From: an uncultured Pseudomonas sp.
GTDB lineage: Bacteria > Pseudomonadota > Gammaproteobacteria > Pseudomonadales > Pseudomonadaceae
Length of the DNA: 64,000 nucleotides
Assembly (NCBI GenBank): GCA_963518285.1
Contig: CAUQIJ010000008.1
Coordinates: 125,269 to 189,268, forward strand
Reading direction: 5' to 3'
Made by a program: the position numbers and the translations under genes. The notes under the pieces are model-generated. The model did not search any database. It saw only the letters and a program-made list of their open reading frames with translations, and was not told the DNA's origin. Of this stretch, positions 30,703 to 41,163 are shown one piece after another. The stretch's first letter is position 1. Every line of letters begins with the position of its first letter.

Positions 30703-31182
30703 GTGATCGACCCGGATGGATTTCGCCCCAACGTCGGTATCATTCTCACCAATGATGCTGGACAGGTGCTTTGGGCTCGACGGATCAACCAGGATGCCTG
30801 GCAATTTCCCCAGGGCGGTATCAACCCTGATGAGACGCCGGAAGATGCCCTGTACCGCGAGCTGAATGAAGAAGTCGGCCTGGAGCGTGACGATGTGCAA
30901 ATTCTTGCCTGCACCCGCGGCTGGTTGCGTTATCGTCTACCCCAGCGGCTGGTGCGCACGCACAGCCAGCCATTGTGTATCGGCCAGAAACAGAAGTGGT
31001 TCCTGCTACGCCTGGTGAGCAACGAGCAACGGGTGCGTATGGACCTGACCGGCAAACCGGAATTCGACGGCTGGCGCTGGGTCAGCTATTGGTATCCGCT
31101 GGGCCAGGTCGTGACATTCAAGCGCGAGGTCTACCGCCGCGCCCTGAAAGAGCTAGCCCCGCGCCTGCTGACGCGCGACTGA
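30703..31182 (+). CDS. rppH: RNA pyrophosphohydrolase
   Basis: GTG start, [12 protein letters not shown], Nudix box PQGG...RELNEEVGL. Confidence 0.95.
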   Translation: MIDPDGFRPNVGIILTNDAGQVLWARRINQDAWQFPQGGINPDETPEDALYRELNEEVGLERDDVQILACTRGWLRYRLPQRLVRTHSQPLCIGQKQKWFLLRLVSNEQRVRMDLTGKPEFDGWRWVSYWYPLGQVVTFKREVYRRALKELAPRLLTRD

Positions 31183-31204
31183 CGACGGAGTTCGACCCCG
31201 AGCC

Positions 31205-33484
31205 ATGCTCAATACGCTGCGCAAGATCGTCCAGGAAGTGAACTCCGCCAAAGATCTCAAGACGGCGTTGGGGATCATTGTCTTGCGCGTCAAGGAAGCC
31301 ATGGGCAGCCATGTCTGCTCGGTTTACCTGCTTGACCCAGAAACCAACCGCTTCGTGCTGATGGCCTCCGAAGGCCTCAACAAACGCTCGATCGGCAAGG
31401 TCAGCATGGCCCCCAACGAAGGCCTGGTCGGCCTGGTCGGTACCCGGGAAGAGCCGCTGAACCTGGAAAACGCCGCCGATCACCCGCGCTATCGCTACTT
31501 TGCCGAAACCGGCGAAGAGCGCTACGCGTCGTTTCTCGGCGCGCCGATCATCCACCACCGCCGCGTGGTCGGGGTGTTGGTCATCCAGCAAAAGGAGCGG
31601 CGCCAGTTCGACGAGGGCGAAGAAGCCTTCCTGGTCACCATGAGCGCGCAGCTGGCGGGGGTTATCGCCCATGCCGAAGCAACCGGTTCGATCCGTGGCC
31701 TGGGCCGCCAGGGCAAAGGCATTCAGGAAGCGCGCTTTGTCGGCGTACCAGGGTCGCCTGGCGCTGCGGTAGGCCGCGCGGTGGTAATGCTGCCGCCCGC
31801 CGATCTGGAAGTGGTGCCGGACAAGACCGTCGATGACATCGAAGCCGAACTGAAACTGTTCAACAACGCCCTCGAAGGCGTGCGCGCCGACATGCGCAAG
31901 CTGTCTGCCAAGCTTGCCACCCAGCTGCGCCCGGAAGAGCGGGCACTGTTCGACGTCTACCTGATGATGCTCGAAGACGCTGCCCTCGGTGGCGAAGTGG
32001 TCGAAGTGATCAAGACCGGCCAGTGGGCCCAGGGTGCCTTGCGCCAGGTGGTCGGTGAGCACGTCAAACGCTTCGAGCTGATGGACGACGACTACCTGCG
32101 CGAGCGCGCCTCCGACGTCAAGGACCTTGGCCGGCGGCTGTTGGCCTACTTGCAGGAAGCCCGTTCGCAGACCCTGGTCTACGCCGAAAACACCATTCTG
32201 GTCAGTGAAGAACTGACCCCGGCCATGCTTGGCGAGGTGCCTGAGGGCAAGCTTGCCGGTCTGATTTCGGTGCTTGGCTCGGGTAACTCGCATGTAGCCA
32301 TTCTGGCGCGGGCGATGGGTATTCCGACGGTGATGGGCCTGGTCGACCTGCCGTATTCCAAGGTCGACGGCATCGAAATGATCGTCGACGGCTACAAAGG
32401 CGAAGTCTTCACCAACCCCAGCGATGTGCTGCGCAAGCAGTACAAGGAAGTGGTCGAAGAAGAGCGCGAACTGGCCAAGGGCCTGGACGCGCTGCGTGAA
32501 CTGCCCTGCGTAACCCCGGACGGCCATCGCATGCCACTGTGGGTGAACACCGGCCTGCTCGCCGACGTCGCCCGGGCACAGCAACGCGGCGCCGAGGGCG
32601 TTGGCCTGTACCGCACCGAAGTGCCGTTCATGATCCAGCAGCGGTTCCCCAGCGAAAAGGAACAGCTGGCGATCTACCGCGAGCAGCTCGCGGCCTTCCA
32701 CCCGCTGCCGGTGACCATGCGTACCCTGGACATTGGCGGTGACAAGGCGCTGTCGTACTTCCCGATCAAGGAAGAAAACCCGTTTCTCGGCTGGCGCGGT
32801 ATTCGCGTCACCCTCGACCACCCGGAAATCTTCCTGGTGCAGACCCGCGCCATGCTCAAGGCCAGCGAGGGCTTGAACAACCTGCGCATCCTGTTGCCGA
32901 TGATCTCCGGTATCCATGAGCTGGAAGAAGCCCTGCACCTGATCCACCGTGCCTGGGGCGAAGTGCGCGACGAAGGCACCGACGTGCCGATGCCGCCGGT
33001 GGGGGTGATGGTCGAAATCCCGGCAGCGGTGTACCAGACCAAAGAGCTGGCGCGTCAGGTCGACTTCCTTTCGGTCGGCTCCAATGACCTGACCCAGTAT
33101 CTGCTGGCGGTCGACCGCAACAACCCACGGGTCGCCGACCTGTATGACTACCTGCACCCGGCAGTGCTGCAAGCTGTACAGACCGTGGTGCGCGATGCCC
33201 ATGCCGAAGGCAAGCCGGTAAGTATCTGCGGCGAGATGGCCGGTGACCCGGCGGCTGCGATCCTGCTGATGGCGATGGGCTTTGACAGCCTGTCGATGAA
33301 CGCCACCAACCTGCCCAAGGTCAAGTGGATGCTGCGCCAGGTCAACATGAGCAAGGCCAAGGAACTGCTGGCCGACGCCATGAGCCACGACAACCCGCAA
33401 GTTATCCACAGTTCGCTGCAGCTGGCGCTGAAGAATCTCGGCCTGGCGCGGATGATCGGCCCTGGCGCGAACAAGACCCTCTAA
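31205..33484 (+). CDS. ptsP: PTS(Ntr) enzyme I
   Basis: N-terminal GAF domain, SHVAIL, GLYRTE, DIGGDK, GSNDLTQY. Confidence 0.97.
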   Translation: MLNTLRKIVQEVNSAKDLKTALGIIVLRVKEAMGSHVCSVYLLDPETNRFVLMASEGLNKRSIGKVSMAPNEGLVGLVGTREEPLNLENAADHPRYRYFAETGEERYASFLGAPIIHHRRVVGVLVIQQKERRQFDEGEEAFLVTMSAQLAGVIAHAEATGSIRGLGRQGKGIQEARFVGVPGSPGAAVGRAVVMLPPADLEVVPDKTVDDIEAELKLFNNALEGVRADMRKLSAKLATQLRPEERALFDVYLMMLEDAALGGEVVEVIKTGQWAQGALRQVVGEHVKRFELMDDDYLRERASDVKDLGRRLLAYLQEARSQTLVYAENTILVSEELTPAMLGEVPEGKLAGLISVLGSGNSHVAILARAMGIPTVMGLVDLPYSKVDGIEMIVDGYKGEVFTNPSDVLRKQYKEVVEEERELAKGLDALRELPCVTPDGHRMPLWVNTGLLADVARAQQRGAEGVGLYRTEVPFMIQQRFPSEKEQLAIYREQLAAFHPLPVTMRTLDIGGDKALSYFPIKEENPFLGWRGIRVTLDHPEIFLVQTRAMLKASEGLNNLRILLPMISGIHELEEALHLIHRAWGEVRDEGTDVPMPPVGVMVEIPAAVYQTKELARQVDFLSVGSNDLTQYLLAVDRNNPRVADLYDYLHPAVLQAVQTVVRDAHAEGKPVSICGEMAGDPAAAILLMAMGFDSLSMNATNLPKVKWMLRQVNMSKAKELLADAMSHDNPQVIHSSLQLALKNLGLARMIGPGANKTL

Positions 33485-33508
33485 GCCATAGGATGCTGGT
33501 GGCTCTGC

Positions 33509-34255
33509 TCAGACCACCAGCTCGACCTCACCCAGATGCCCGCCGTAGGGACCAAAGCTGCGTTCGACCATGCGCCGCTGCCCCGACTTGTGCACAAGCA
33601 GCACCGTGCTGGCGCGGGTGCCGTAGTTCTGGCTGGCGATGAATGCGCTCGACAGCAACCGCTCGGTGGCCAGGCCGACACCGGTGTCCGGCAAATCGGC
33701 GTCCGGCGCAGGCTGAGCGTTGCCAAGCAAACCCAGCAGCCGCTGCGGGTCGGCCTCGTCGAGCAGCTCGCGCAGGCCGTGGCGGGTCTGCACCAGCTTC
33801 GGCCACGGCGTATCCAGGCTTGCATTGGACAGTCCGTAGATGCCCGGCTCAAGCAGTTGCGGCGCGGCATCCGGGGCGTGCAGATAGCCCAACCGATGCT
33901 CATCGCCAATCAACAGATTGAAGCCTGAGTAATCGCTGCTGCGGCGGGCGACCTGCTCAAGGTATTGCTCGACGCCAAGCTCGCCGCGCAGGTACCCAGC
34001 CACCAGTTCACCGCGTGAGCGCAGGCCTTGTGGCTGGCGCGGGTCGCGGATATTGGTCAGCGCCGCGAAGCGCCCGTTCGGGCCGATCCCGAGCCAGCTG
34101 CCGCCGGCCTCAAGGTCGCGCCCGGCGTACACTCCCGGCGCGTCGTCCCACGCGCCCAGCGCCTGGCTGGGGCGGGCATAGAACTCGTCACGGTTGGCCG
34201 CAACGATCAGCGGCAGGGCATGCCCCGGCCGCCAGGCAAACACGATCAGGCACAT
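33509..34255 (-). CDS. NRDE/TANGO2-family protein
   Basis: MCL...ANRDE, YGTRAST. Confidence 0.9.
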   Translation of the reverse strand: MCLIVFAWRPGHALPLIVAANRDEFYARPSQALGAWDDAPGVYAGRDLEAGGSWLGIGPNGRFAALTNIRDPRQPQGLRSRGELVAGYLRGELGVEQYLEQVARRSSDYSGFNLLIGDEHRLGYLHAPDAAPQLLEPGIYGLSNASLDTPWPKLVQTRHGLRELLDEADPQRLLGLLGNAQPAPDADLPDTGVGLATERLLSSAFIASQNYGTRASTVLLVHKSGQRRMVERSFGPYGGHLGEVELVV

Positions 34256-34386
34256 GGCGTGGCCTCTGCTTTTTGCTCACTCTACCCACTGCGCCGGGCG
34301 CTGGCCATCAGCTGACACAGACTTCACTAGAGCGACGAGGCCAGCTTCCGTTACCATGCCGGACTGAATTGTCATGGGGTCGACGA

Positions 34387-35169
34387 ATGGAGTTCGTACT
34401 CTACCTGCTGTTGGGCGCCTGCGCCGGCGTCCTGGCCGGGCTATTCGGCGTGGGCGGCGGGATCATCATCGTGCCGGTGCTGGTGTTCAGCTTCACCTTG
34501 CAGGGCTTCGAGCCCTCGGTGCTGACCCACCTGGCCGTCGGCACCTCGCTGGCGACCATCATCTTCACATCGATCAACGCCGTGCGTGAGCACCAGCGCA
34601 AGGGCGCGGTGCAATGGCCGATCTTTGTCTGGATGACCGTCGGCATCCTGATCGGTGCGGGTATCGGCGCCAAAACCGCTTCATTGATCCAGGGCCCGAT
34701 GCTGCAGAAGATCATCGGCGTGTTTGCCTTGGTGATCGCCGCGCAGATGGCCCTCGACCTCAAACCCAAGGCCAGCCGTGGCATTCCTGGCAAGCCTGGG
34801 TTGTCGGCTGCCGGCGTGGTAATCGGCTGGGCCTCGGCAATCTTCGGCATCGGCGGCGGCTCGCTGACCGTACCGTTCCTGACCTGGCGCAGCCTGCCGA
34901 TGCAGCAGGCGGTGGCGACCTCATCGGCCTGCGGCTTGCCCATCGCCCTGGCCAGCGCCCTGAGCTTCATGCTGCTGGGCTGGGACGACAGCCAGCTGCC
35001 CCCGCACAGCCTGGGTTACGTGTACCTGCCGGCACTGCTTGGCATTGCCCTCACCAGCATGTTTTTTGCCCGTTATGGCGCGCGCCTGGCGCACAAGCTG
35101 TCGCCGCGCCTGCTCAAACGTCTGTTCGCCGCGTTGCTGTTCTGCGTCGGCCTGAGTTTTTTGATTTAG
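34387..35169 (+). CDS. Sulfite exporter TauE/SafE family
   Basis: Repeated GLFGVGGG..VP / AIFGIGGG..VP motifs; start ATG 34387. Confidence 0.9.
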   Translation: MEFVLYLLLGACAGVLAGLFGVGGGIIIVPVLVFSFTLQGFEPSVLTHLAVGTSLATIIFTSINAVREHQRKGAVQWPIFVWMTVGILIGAGIGAKTASLIQGPMLQKIIGVFALVIAAQMALDLKPKASRGIPGKPGLSAAGVVIGWASAIFGIGGGSLTVPFLTWRSLPMQQAVATSSACGLPIALASALSFMLLGWDDSQLPPHSLGYVYLPALLGIALTSMFFARYGARLAHKLSPRLLKRLFAALLFCVGLSFLI

Positions 35170-35197
35170 CTGCCTGATTTGATCGAGAGGAATCACC

Positions 35198-36007
35198 ATG
35201 CTGCCTTACCCGCAGATCGACCCCGTGGCCCTGGCCATCGGGCCGCTGAAAATTCACTGGTACGGCCTGATGTACCTGATCGGCATCGGCGGTGCCTGGC
35301 TGCTGGCCTCGCGCCGGCTGAACCGCTTTGACCCGACCTGGAGCCGCGAGAAGCTCTCTGACCTGGTGTTCTGGCTGTCGATGGGGGTGATTGTCGGCGG
35401 GCGCTTGGGTTATGTGCTGTTCTATGACCTGCACGCCTACCTGGCCAACCCGACGCTGATCTTCGAAGTGTGGAAGGGCGGCATGTCGTTCCACGGCGGC
35501 TTTATCGGCGTGATGCTGGCCGCGCTGTGGTTCGGCAAGCGCAACAACAAGTCGTTCTTCGAACTGATGGACTTCGTGGCGCCGCTGGTGCCGATCGGCC
35601 TGGGCGCCGGGCGCATCGGCAACTTCATCAACGCCGAGCTGTGGGGCAAGGCGACCGACGTGCCGTGGGCGATGGTCTTTCCGCCGTTCAGCGACCCGGC
35701 GCAGCTGCCGCGTCACCCGTCGCAGCTATATCAGTTTGCCCTCGAAGGTGTGGCATTATTCCTGATCCTTTGGCTGTACTCGCGCAAGCCGCGCCCGACC
35801 ATGGCCGTGTCCGGCATGTTCGCGCTGTTCTATGGCATCTTCCGCTTCATCGTCGAGTTCGTGCGCGTGCCTGATGCCCAGCTTGGCTATATCGCCTTTG
35901 GCTGGTTGACCATGGGTCAGTTGCTCTGCCTGCCGATGATCATCGGTGGCATCTTCCTGATCTGGCTGGCATACAACCGCAAACCCACGGCCAACGCCGC
36001 GGTCTGA
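35198..36007 (+). CDS. lgt: Prolipoprotein diacylglyceryl transferase
   Basis: [30 protein letters not shown]. Confidence 0.97.
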   Translation: MLPYPQIDPVALAIGPLKIHWYGLMYLIGIGGAWLLASRRLNRFDPTWSREKLSDLVFWLSMGVIVGGRLGYVLFYDLHAYLANPTLIFEVWKGGMSFHGGFIGVMLAALWFGKRNNKSFFELMDFVAPLVPIGLGAGRIGNFINAELWGKATDVPWAMVFPPFSDPAQLPRHPSQLYQFALEGVALFLILWLYSRKPRPTMAVSGMFALFYGIFRFIVEFVRVPDAQLGYIAFGWLTMGQLLCLPMIIGGIFLIWLAYNRKPTANAAV

Positions 36008-36055
36008 TTTTCATGGCAGGGGCGATCCCCCTGCCGTTCTCGTTACAGGTAAGTC

Positions 36056-37027
36056 ATGAAACAGTATCTAGATCTGGTCCGCGACGTCATCGACAACGGC
36101 ACTCTGCAGAGCAACCGCACCGGCGTGCGCACCATCAGCCTGCCCGGCGCCATGCTGCGCTTCGACCTGCAGAAAGGCTTCCCCGCCGTGACCACCCGCC
36201 GCCTGGCATTCAAGTCGGCCATCGGCGAGATGGTCGGTTTTCTGCGTGGGGTGAAAAACGCCGGCGAGTTCCGCGAGCTGGGCTGCAAGGTCTGGGACCA
36301 GAACGCCAACGAAAACGCCCAGTGGCTGGCCAACCCGTTCCGCCAGGGGCATGACGACCTCGGCGAAATCTACGGCGTGCAATGGCGCCAGTGGCCAGGC
36401 TACAAGCGCGTGCCGCTGAGCAACCCGGCAGCCATCGCCATGGCCGAGCAACAGGGCTTTCGCCAGATCGCCCAGGACGAAGAACACGGCCAGGCCTTCG
36501 TCATCCTCTACAAGGCTATCGACCAGGTCCGCCAGTGCCTCGACACCATCGCCAACGACCCGGGCAGCCGACGCATCCTGTTCCACGGCTGGAACTGCGC
36601 CCAGCTCGATGAAATGGCCCTGCCGCCGTGTCACCTGCTGTACCAGTTCCACCCCAATGTAGAGACCAAGGAAATCTCCCTGACCCTCTACATTCGCTCC
36701 AATGACCTCGGCCTGGGCACGCCATTCAACCTCACCGAAGGCGCTGCGCTGCTGTCGCTGTTCGGTCGCCTGACCGGCTACACCCCGCGCTGGTTCACCT
36801 ACTTCATCGGCGACGCCCATGTGTACGAGAACCACCTGGACATGCTCAACGAGCAGTTCACCCGCGAGCCATTGCCGGCCCCAAAACTGGTGATCAGCGA
36901 CCGCGTGCCTGAGTTTGCCAAGACTGGGGTGTATGAGCCGGAGTGGCTTGAGAAGATCGAGCCGAGCGACTTCAGCCTGGAAGGCTACGAGCACCACCCG
37001 CCACTGACGGCGCCGATGGCGGTTTGA
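36056..37027 (+). CDS. thyA: Thymidylate synthase
   Basis: YGVQWR, SRR, MALPPCH, RSND..LG.PFN, PMAV end. Confidence 0.97.
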   Translation: MKQYLDLVRDVIDNGTLQSNRTGVRTISLPGAMLRFDLQKGFPAVTTRRLAFKSAIGEMVGFLRGVKNAGEFRELGCKVWDQNANENAQWLANPFRQGHDDLGEIYGVQWRQWPGYKRVPLSNPAAIAMAEQQGFRQIAQDEEHGQAFVILYKAIDQVRQCLDTIANDPGSRRILFHGWNCAQLDEMALPPCHLLYQFHPNVETKEISLTLYIRSNDLGLGTPFNLTEGAALLSLFGRLTGYTPRWFTYFIGDAHVYENHLDMLNEQFTREPLPAPKLVISDRVPEFAKTGVYEPEWLEKIEPSDFSLEGYEHHPPLTAPMAV

Positions 37028-37064
37028 TTTGGATTGGTCGCGGGGCCGGGTGCCATGCGATGTC

Positions 37065-37123
37065 TTTGCTATACCCAGGGATTGCTCTCGGCTCTGCTGA
37101 GTCGAGAATCTGGGTGAGGCAAA
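37065..37123 (+). repeat. Long imperfect hairpin downstream of thyA
   Basis: ACCCAG..GATT..CTCGGCTC / GAGTCGAG..AATC..TGGGT; a G-U pair favours the + strand. Confidence 0.55.
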
Positions 37124-37176
37124 TTGTAAGAAGGGTGCTACGGGTGCGGGAGGGCCAGATGCGTCAGGACTTCCCA

Positions 37177-37206
37177 GAAACGAAAACCCCGACTCGAGGC
37201 CGGGGT
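37177..37206 (-). terminator. Rho-independent terminator of the candidate sRNA
   Basis: Minus strand ACCCCGGCCTCGAGTCGGGGTTTTCGTTTC. Confidence 0.7.
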
Positions 37207-37271
37207 AGGTGTTTCGTGGTCTTTGCAAAGAGTCGTAAGCTTTCGCTCATTGGAGCTCAGTGCCAACCTGT
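37177..37271 (-). ncRNA. Candidate ~95-nt small RNA divergent from the Abi/HEPN gene
   Basis: Minus-strand TTGACA-17-TAGCAT promoter, UGAGC-GAAA-GCUUA hairpin, terminator CCCCGGC/GUCGGGG plus UUUUCGUUU. Confidence 0.6.
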
Positions 37272-37277
37272 GCGTCA

Positions 37278-37306
37278 ATGCTACGAGCGGCTGACACCCA
37301 TGTCAA
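37278..37306 (-). promoter_or_regulatory. Sigma70 promoter on the minus strand
   Basis: -35 TTGACA (37306-37301), 17-nt spacer, -10 TAGCAT (37283-37278). Confidence 0.65.
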
Positions 37307-37347
37307 CCTGCACTAAGCAAAGCGCGTTGTTGAAAAGGAAACCGAGC

Positions 37348-38256
37348 ATGCCCCACAGCGTCCAGTACCGACCCGTGCTGATCGATCAACTTATCAGCAG
37401 CCACAGAATCGCCAGCTATAGCAAGGTCTTCTCCACTACCAGCGACACTGAGCTTGTCGGCGCCTACCTCTGGAACTCTCACGTTTGTGCGTCTCTCTAT
37501 CCGCTGCTCAGTGCGGTCGAGATTACTCTTCGCAATGCTATTGACTCTGCTCTGACTACCGATTTGGGGAAGTTCTGGTGGAAGACGAACACGTTACGAT
37601 ACAAAAGCTTCGCCTCGGCAGCGTCCCCGCCGCACGCAGTGCAGTGCCTGACCAATAACTTCACGTCGGCCTATAAGATCGCCAAGAGGGAAGGGAGCAA
37701 GCGACGAGGTGCGCGCGATGCACCTGCCCACCAGGAAGTCGTCTCTCAGACCGAGTTTTCCACATGGGAATTCATCCTCGATGGTGAATACATGGGCAAC
37801 AACCTGATCTGGCCAAAGAACCTGGGTCGGGTCTTCAGGGGCCCTTGGCCTAGAAGTGCCAATATGCTCCAGCATTGCAGGGAGCGCGTATCGTTGGTAA
37901 GGAATTTCCGTAATCGAGTTTTCCACCATGAGCCTGCCTGGAAACGATTCAATGTCACTGATGAGCAGCAGGCTGTTGCTCATTTGCACGACAAAATCAG
38001 CAAAATCATAGAGCTGATCACGTGGGTCTCGCCTGAGAAGATCGACCTGTTGGAAAAGAGCGGTGTCATCAGATCTGCCTATCGCGCCTGTTCACTCGCA
38101 GAGATTGATAGGTTCAAATACAAGTCAAAGACGAGCACGGTCGACAGCATGACCAAACTCATCGAGGTCGCGGAATCTGCCAGTACCAGCGACGAAGTGT
38201 TGCAAATCGAGGTTCATGGCAAGCCGAACGCCGTCTACATCCTTCATGCCGGTTGA
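37348..38256 (+). CDS. Abi-like (Abi_2/AbiD-AbiF superfamily) HEPN-type RNase
   Basis: YLWN, EITLRN, FSTW, RNRVFHHEP (RxxxxH); AAGGA RBS; atypical codon usage. Confidence 0.8.
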   Translation: MPHSVQYRPVLIDQLISSHRIASYSKVFSTTSDTELVGAYLWNSHVCASLYPLLSAVEITLRNAIDSALTTDLGKFWWKTNTLRYKSFASAASPPHAVQCLTNNFTSAYKIAKREGSKRRGARDAPAHQEVVSQTEFSTWEFILDGEYMGNNLIWPKNLGRVFRGPWPRSANMLQHCRERVSLVRNFRNRVFHHEPAWKRFNVTDEQQAVAHLHDKISKIIELITWVSPEKIDLLEKSGVIRSAYRACSLAEIDRFKYKSKTSTVDSMTKLIEVAESASTSDEVLQIEVHGKPNAVYILHAG

Positions 38257-38314
38257 TGGCTGCTTTGCACCTCGCCACTTAGGTGGCTAAATGACCCGGC
38301 CTGCATTGGCTTCA

Positions 38315-38758
38315 TCAATGTCCATGACTCCTCCCCACATGCGAGTGCTCGGTCTCTGGCACCGACACCGCACCATTCACCTCCAGCTGCTGCAGAATCG
38401 CGCATTCCGCCCCGGGTGCGGTGCAGCGTTGGCGCAGGTCGACCAGTTGCTCTTGCAGTGCCAGCAGGCCGTCGATGCGGGCCTGGACGTGGTCGATGTG
38501 CTCGTCGATCAGCGCGTTGACGCTGCCGCACTGGCCCTCCGGGCTGTCGCGCAGGCGCAGCAGGCTGCGGATCTCGTCCAGGGTCATGTCCAGCGTGCGG
38601 CAGTTGCGGATGAAGGTCAGGCGCTCGACGTGGGCCTGCGTGTACAGTCGGTAGTTGCCGTCACTCCGGTCGGGCTCGGGCAGCAGTTGCTCGCGCTCGT
38701 AGTAGCGGATGGTTTCGACGGCGCAGTCAGTGGCTTTGGCCAGTTCTCCGATTTTCAT
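38315..38758 (-). CDS. cadR: Cd(II)/Pb(II)-responsive MerR regulator
   Basis: MKIGELA, ETIRYYE, metal-binding Cys residues, His-rich tail. Confidence 0.95.
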   Translation of the reverse strand: MKIGELAKATDCAVETIRYYEREQLLPEPDRSDGNYRLYTQAHVERLTFIRNCRTLDMTLDEIRSLLRLRDSPEGQCGSVNALIDEHIDHVQARIDGLLALQEQLVDLRQRCTAPGAECAILQQLEVNGAVSVPETEHSHVGRSHGH

Positions 38759-38779
38759 CACGAATCCTCTGCAGATGGC

Positions 38780-38810
38780 TTGACCCTATAGTGGCTACAG
38801 GGTGTTCACT
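38780..38810 (+). promoter_or_regulatory. CadR-regulated cadA promoter with MerR dyad
   Basis: TTGACC-19 nt-TTCACT with dyad ACCCTATAG-TGG-CTACAGGGT. Confidence 0.9.
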
Positions 38811-38892
38811 TGGCAATAACTACCCTGTAACCGAGCGTCTTTGCCGCGCAAAGCCTGCTCAAGGGATCGGCGCATCAGCTAAGGACGACTCC

Positions 38893-41154
38893 ATGAACCA
38901 GCCTGTCAGCCATGACCACGCGCATGACCATGACGCCCATGACCACGGCCATGCGCATACTGCCAATAGCGCCTGCCAAGACACCAAGGCCCACAGCTGC
39001 TGTGGCGGCGAGCCTGCGCCTGCGCTGGTGCAACTGACCGAGCAGGCCAGCAGCGATGCGCAGCTCAGCCGTTTTCGCATCCAGGCCATGGACTGCCCGA
39101 CCGAGCAAGGTCTGATCCAGGACAAGCTGGGCAAGATGGCCGGTATCGAGCAGCTTGAATTCAACCTGATCAACCGTGTGCTCGGTGTGCGCCATACGCT
39201 GCAAGGCACAGACGCTATCGAGCGGGCGATCGACAGCCTGGGCATGCGTGCCGAGCCGCTGACCGACGAGGAGGGCAGCGCCGCTGCGCCCGCCGCCAAG
39301 ACCAGGTGGTGGCCGCTGGCATGGTCGGCGGTTGCAGCGATTGCCGCCGAAATTGTGCACTTCAGCGTGCTGGCGCCGGAGTGGGTGGTGGCCTTGCTGG
39401 CGTTGGCAGCCATCCTTGGCTGCGGTCTGGGCACCTACAAAAAGGGCTGGATCGCCCTGAAAAACCGCAACCTCAACATCAACGCGCTGATGAGCATCGC
39501 CGTGACCGGCGCCGTATTGATCGGCCAATGGCCCGAGGCGGCCATGGTCATGGTGCTGTTCACCGTTGCCGAGTTGATCGAAGCGCGCTCGCTGGACCGC
39601 GCACGCAACGCCATTGGTGGTTTGATGCAGCTGACCCCGGACATGGCCACCGTGCAGCAGGCCGATGGCCAGTGGCGTGAGGTGGAAGTGCGTGGTGTGG
39701 CGCTCGGCGCTTCGGTGCGGGTGCGTCCTGGCGAGCGCATCGGCCTCGACGGGGAAGTGCTCAGCGGGCAATCGAGTGTCGATCAGGCGCCGATCACCGG
39801 CGAAAGCCTGCCCGTGGAGAAGGTTGTCGGCGACAAACTGTTCGCGGGCACCATCAACCAGGAAGGCGCGCTGGAGTACAAAGTCACCGCCCTTGCCGGC
39901 CAGTCAACCCTGGCGCGGATCATCAAGGCTGTAGAAGAAGCGCAGGGCGCGCGTGCGCCGACCCAGCGCTTTGTCGATCAGTTCTCGCGCATCTATACCC
40001 CGGTGGTGTTCGCCCTGGCCCTGGCCGTGGCGCTTCTGCCGCCGCTGCTGATGGGCGGCGTCTGGTTTGACTGGATCTACCGCGCGCTGGTCCTGCTGGT
40101 CGTGGCGTGCCCATGTGCACTGGTGATTTCGACCCCGGTGACGATTGTCAGTGGTCTTGCCGCAGCGGCGCGCAAGGGCATTCTGATCAAGGGTGGGGTG
40201 TATCTGGAGGGCGGGCGCAAGCTGGACTTCCTGGCCCTGGACAAGACCGGCACGATCACTCATGGCAAGCCGGTGCAGACCGACTTCAGCGTACTCGATC
40301 CGCTCTTTGCCGACCGCGCCCAGGCGCTGGCCGCAAGCCTCGGCGAGCGCTCCGACCACCCGGTATCGCGGGCCATCGCGCAGTTTGCCAAGGCGCAGCA
40401 GCTGGCGCTGAGCGAAGTCAGCGACTTTGCTGCGCTGTCCGGGCGCGGTGTGCGTGGCGAGATCGACGGCCAGCTATACCACTTGGGCAACCACCGCCTG
40501 GTCGAAGAGCTGGGCCTGTGCTCGCCGCAACTGGAAGCGCAGCTCGATGCCCTTGAGCGCCAAGGCAAGACCGTGGTCCTGCTGCTCGATCGCAGCGGCC
40601 CGCTGGCGCTGTTTGCCGTGGCCGATACGGTCAAGGACAGCAGCCGCCAGGCAATTGCCGAGCTGCACGAGCTGGGTATCAAAACGGTCATGCTGACCGG
40701 TGATAATCCGCACACCGCGCAGGCGATCGCTGCCCAGGTAGGTATCGACCGGGCCGAGGGCAACCTGCTGCCAAGCGACAAGCTGAAAACCATCGAAGCG
40801 CTCTACGCTCAAGGTCACCGAGTCGGCATGGTCGGCGACGGCATCAACGATGCACCGGCGCTGGCCCGCGCTGAAATCGGCTTCGCCATGGCGGCGGCAG
40901 GGACTGACACGGCGATCGAAACCGCCGATGTGGCCCTGATGGATGACGACTTGCGGAAAATTCCGGCATTCGTCAGGCTTTCCCGCGATAGCGCCGACAT
41001 CCTGACCCAGAACATAGTGCTGGCGCTGGGGATCAAGGCGGTCTTCCTGGCAGTTACTTTTACCGGTATGGCGACGTTGTGGATGGCGGTCTTCGCCGAC
41101 ATGGGCGTGAGCCTGCTGGTGGTGTTCAACGGTCTGCGCCTGCTGCGCAAATAA
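38893..41154 (+). CDS. cadA: Heavy-metal P1B-type ATPase
   Basis: His-rich N terminus, [28 protein letters not shown]. Confidence 0.95.
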   Translation: MNQPVSHDHAHDHDAHDHGHAHTANSACQDTKAHSCCGGEPAPALVQLTEQASSDAQLSRFRIQAMDCPTEQGLIQDKLGKMAGIEQLEFNLINRVLGVRHTLQGTDAIERAIDSLGMRAEPLTDEEGSAAAPAAKTRWWPLAWSAVAAIAAEIVHFSVLAPEWVVALLALAAILGCGLGTYKKGWIALKNRNLNINALMSIAVTGAVLIGQWPEAAMVMVLFTVAELIEARSLDRARNAIGGLMQLTPDMATVQQADGQWREVEVRGVALGASVRVRPGERIGLDGEVLSGQSSVDQAPITGESLPVEKVVGDKLFAGTINQEGALEYKVTALAGQSTLARIIKAVEEAQGARAPTQRFVDQFSRIYTPVVFALALAVALLPPLLMGGVWFDWIYRALVLLVVACPCALVISTPVTIVSGLAAAARKGILIKGGVYLEGGRKLDFLALDKTGTITHGKPVQTDFSVLDPLFADRAQALAASLGERSDHPVSRAIAQFAKAQQLALSEVSDFAALSGRGVRGEIDGQLYHLGNHRLVEELGLCSPQLEAQLDALERQGKTVVLLLDRSGPLALFAVADTVKDSSRQAIAELHELGIKTVMLTGDNPHTAQAIAAQVGIDRAEGNLLPSDKLKTIEALYAQGHRVGMVGDGINDAPALARAEIGFAMAAAGTDTAIETADVALMDDDLRKIPAFVRLSRDSADILTQNIVLALGIKAVFLAVTFTGMATLWMAVFADMGVSLLVVFNGLRLLRK

Positions 41155-41163
41155 GGGATCTGC

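Noticed and set aside
31118..33409. Very long antisense ORFs (763 aa opposite ptsP; similar ones opposite cysWA, serA, D2HGDH, thyA, ilvD)
   Set aside because: Shadow frames produced by high GC3 codon bias in well-supported genes on the other strand; no recognisable motifs
37207..37262. Hammerhead-like CUGA...CGAAA in the candidate sRNA
   Set aside because: Core reads CUGAGCU rather than CUGANGA, and the required stems cannot be built
37024..37347. 410-aa extended version of the Abi ORF
   Set aside because: The extension crosses hairpins and the candidate sRNA; ATG 37348 has the RBS and family-like sequence begins there
38911..38958. CATGAC-type short repeats
   Set aside because: They encode the His-rich N terminus of CadA
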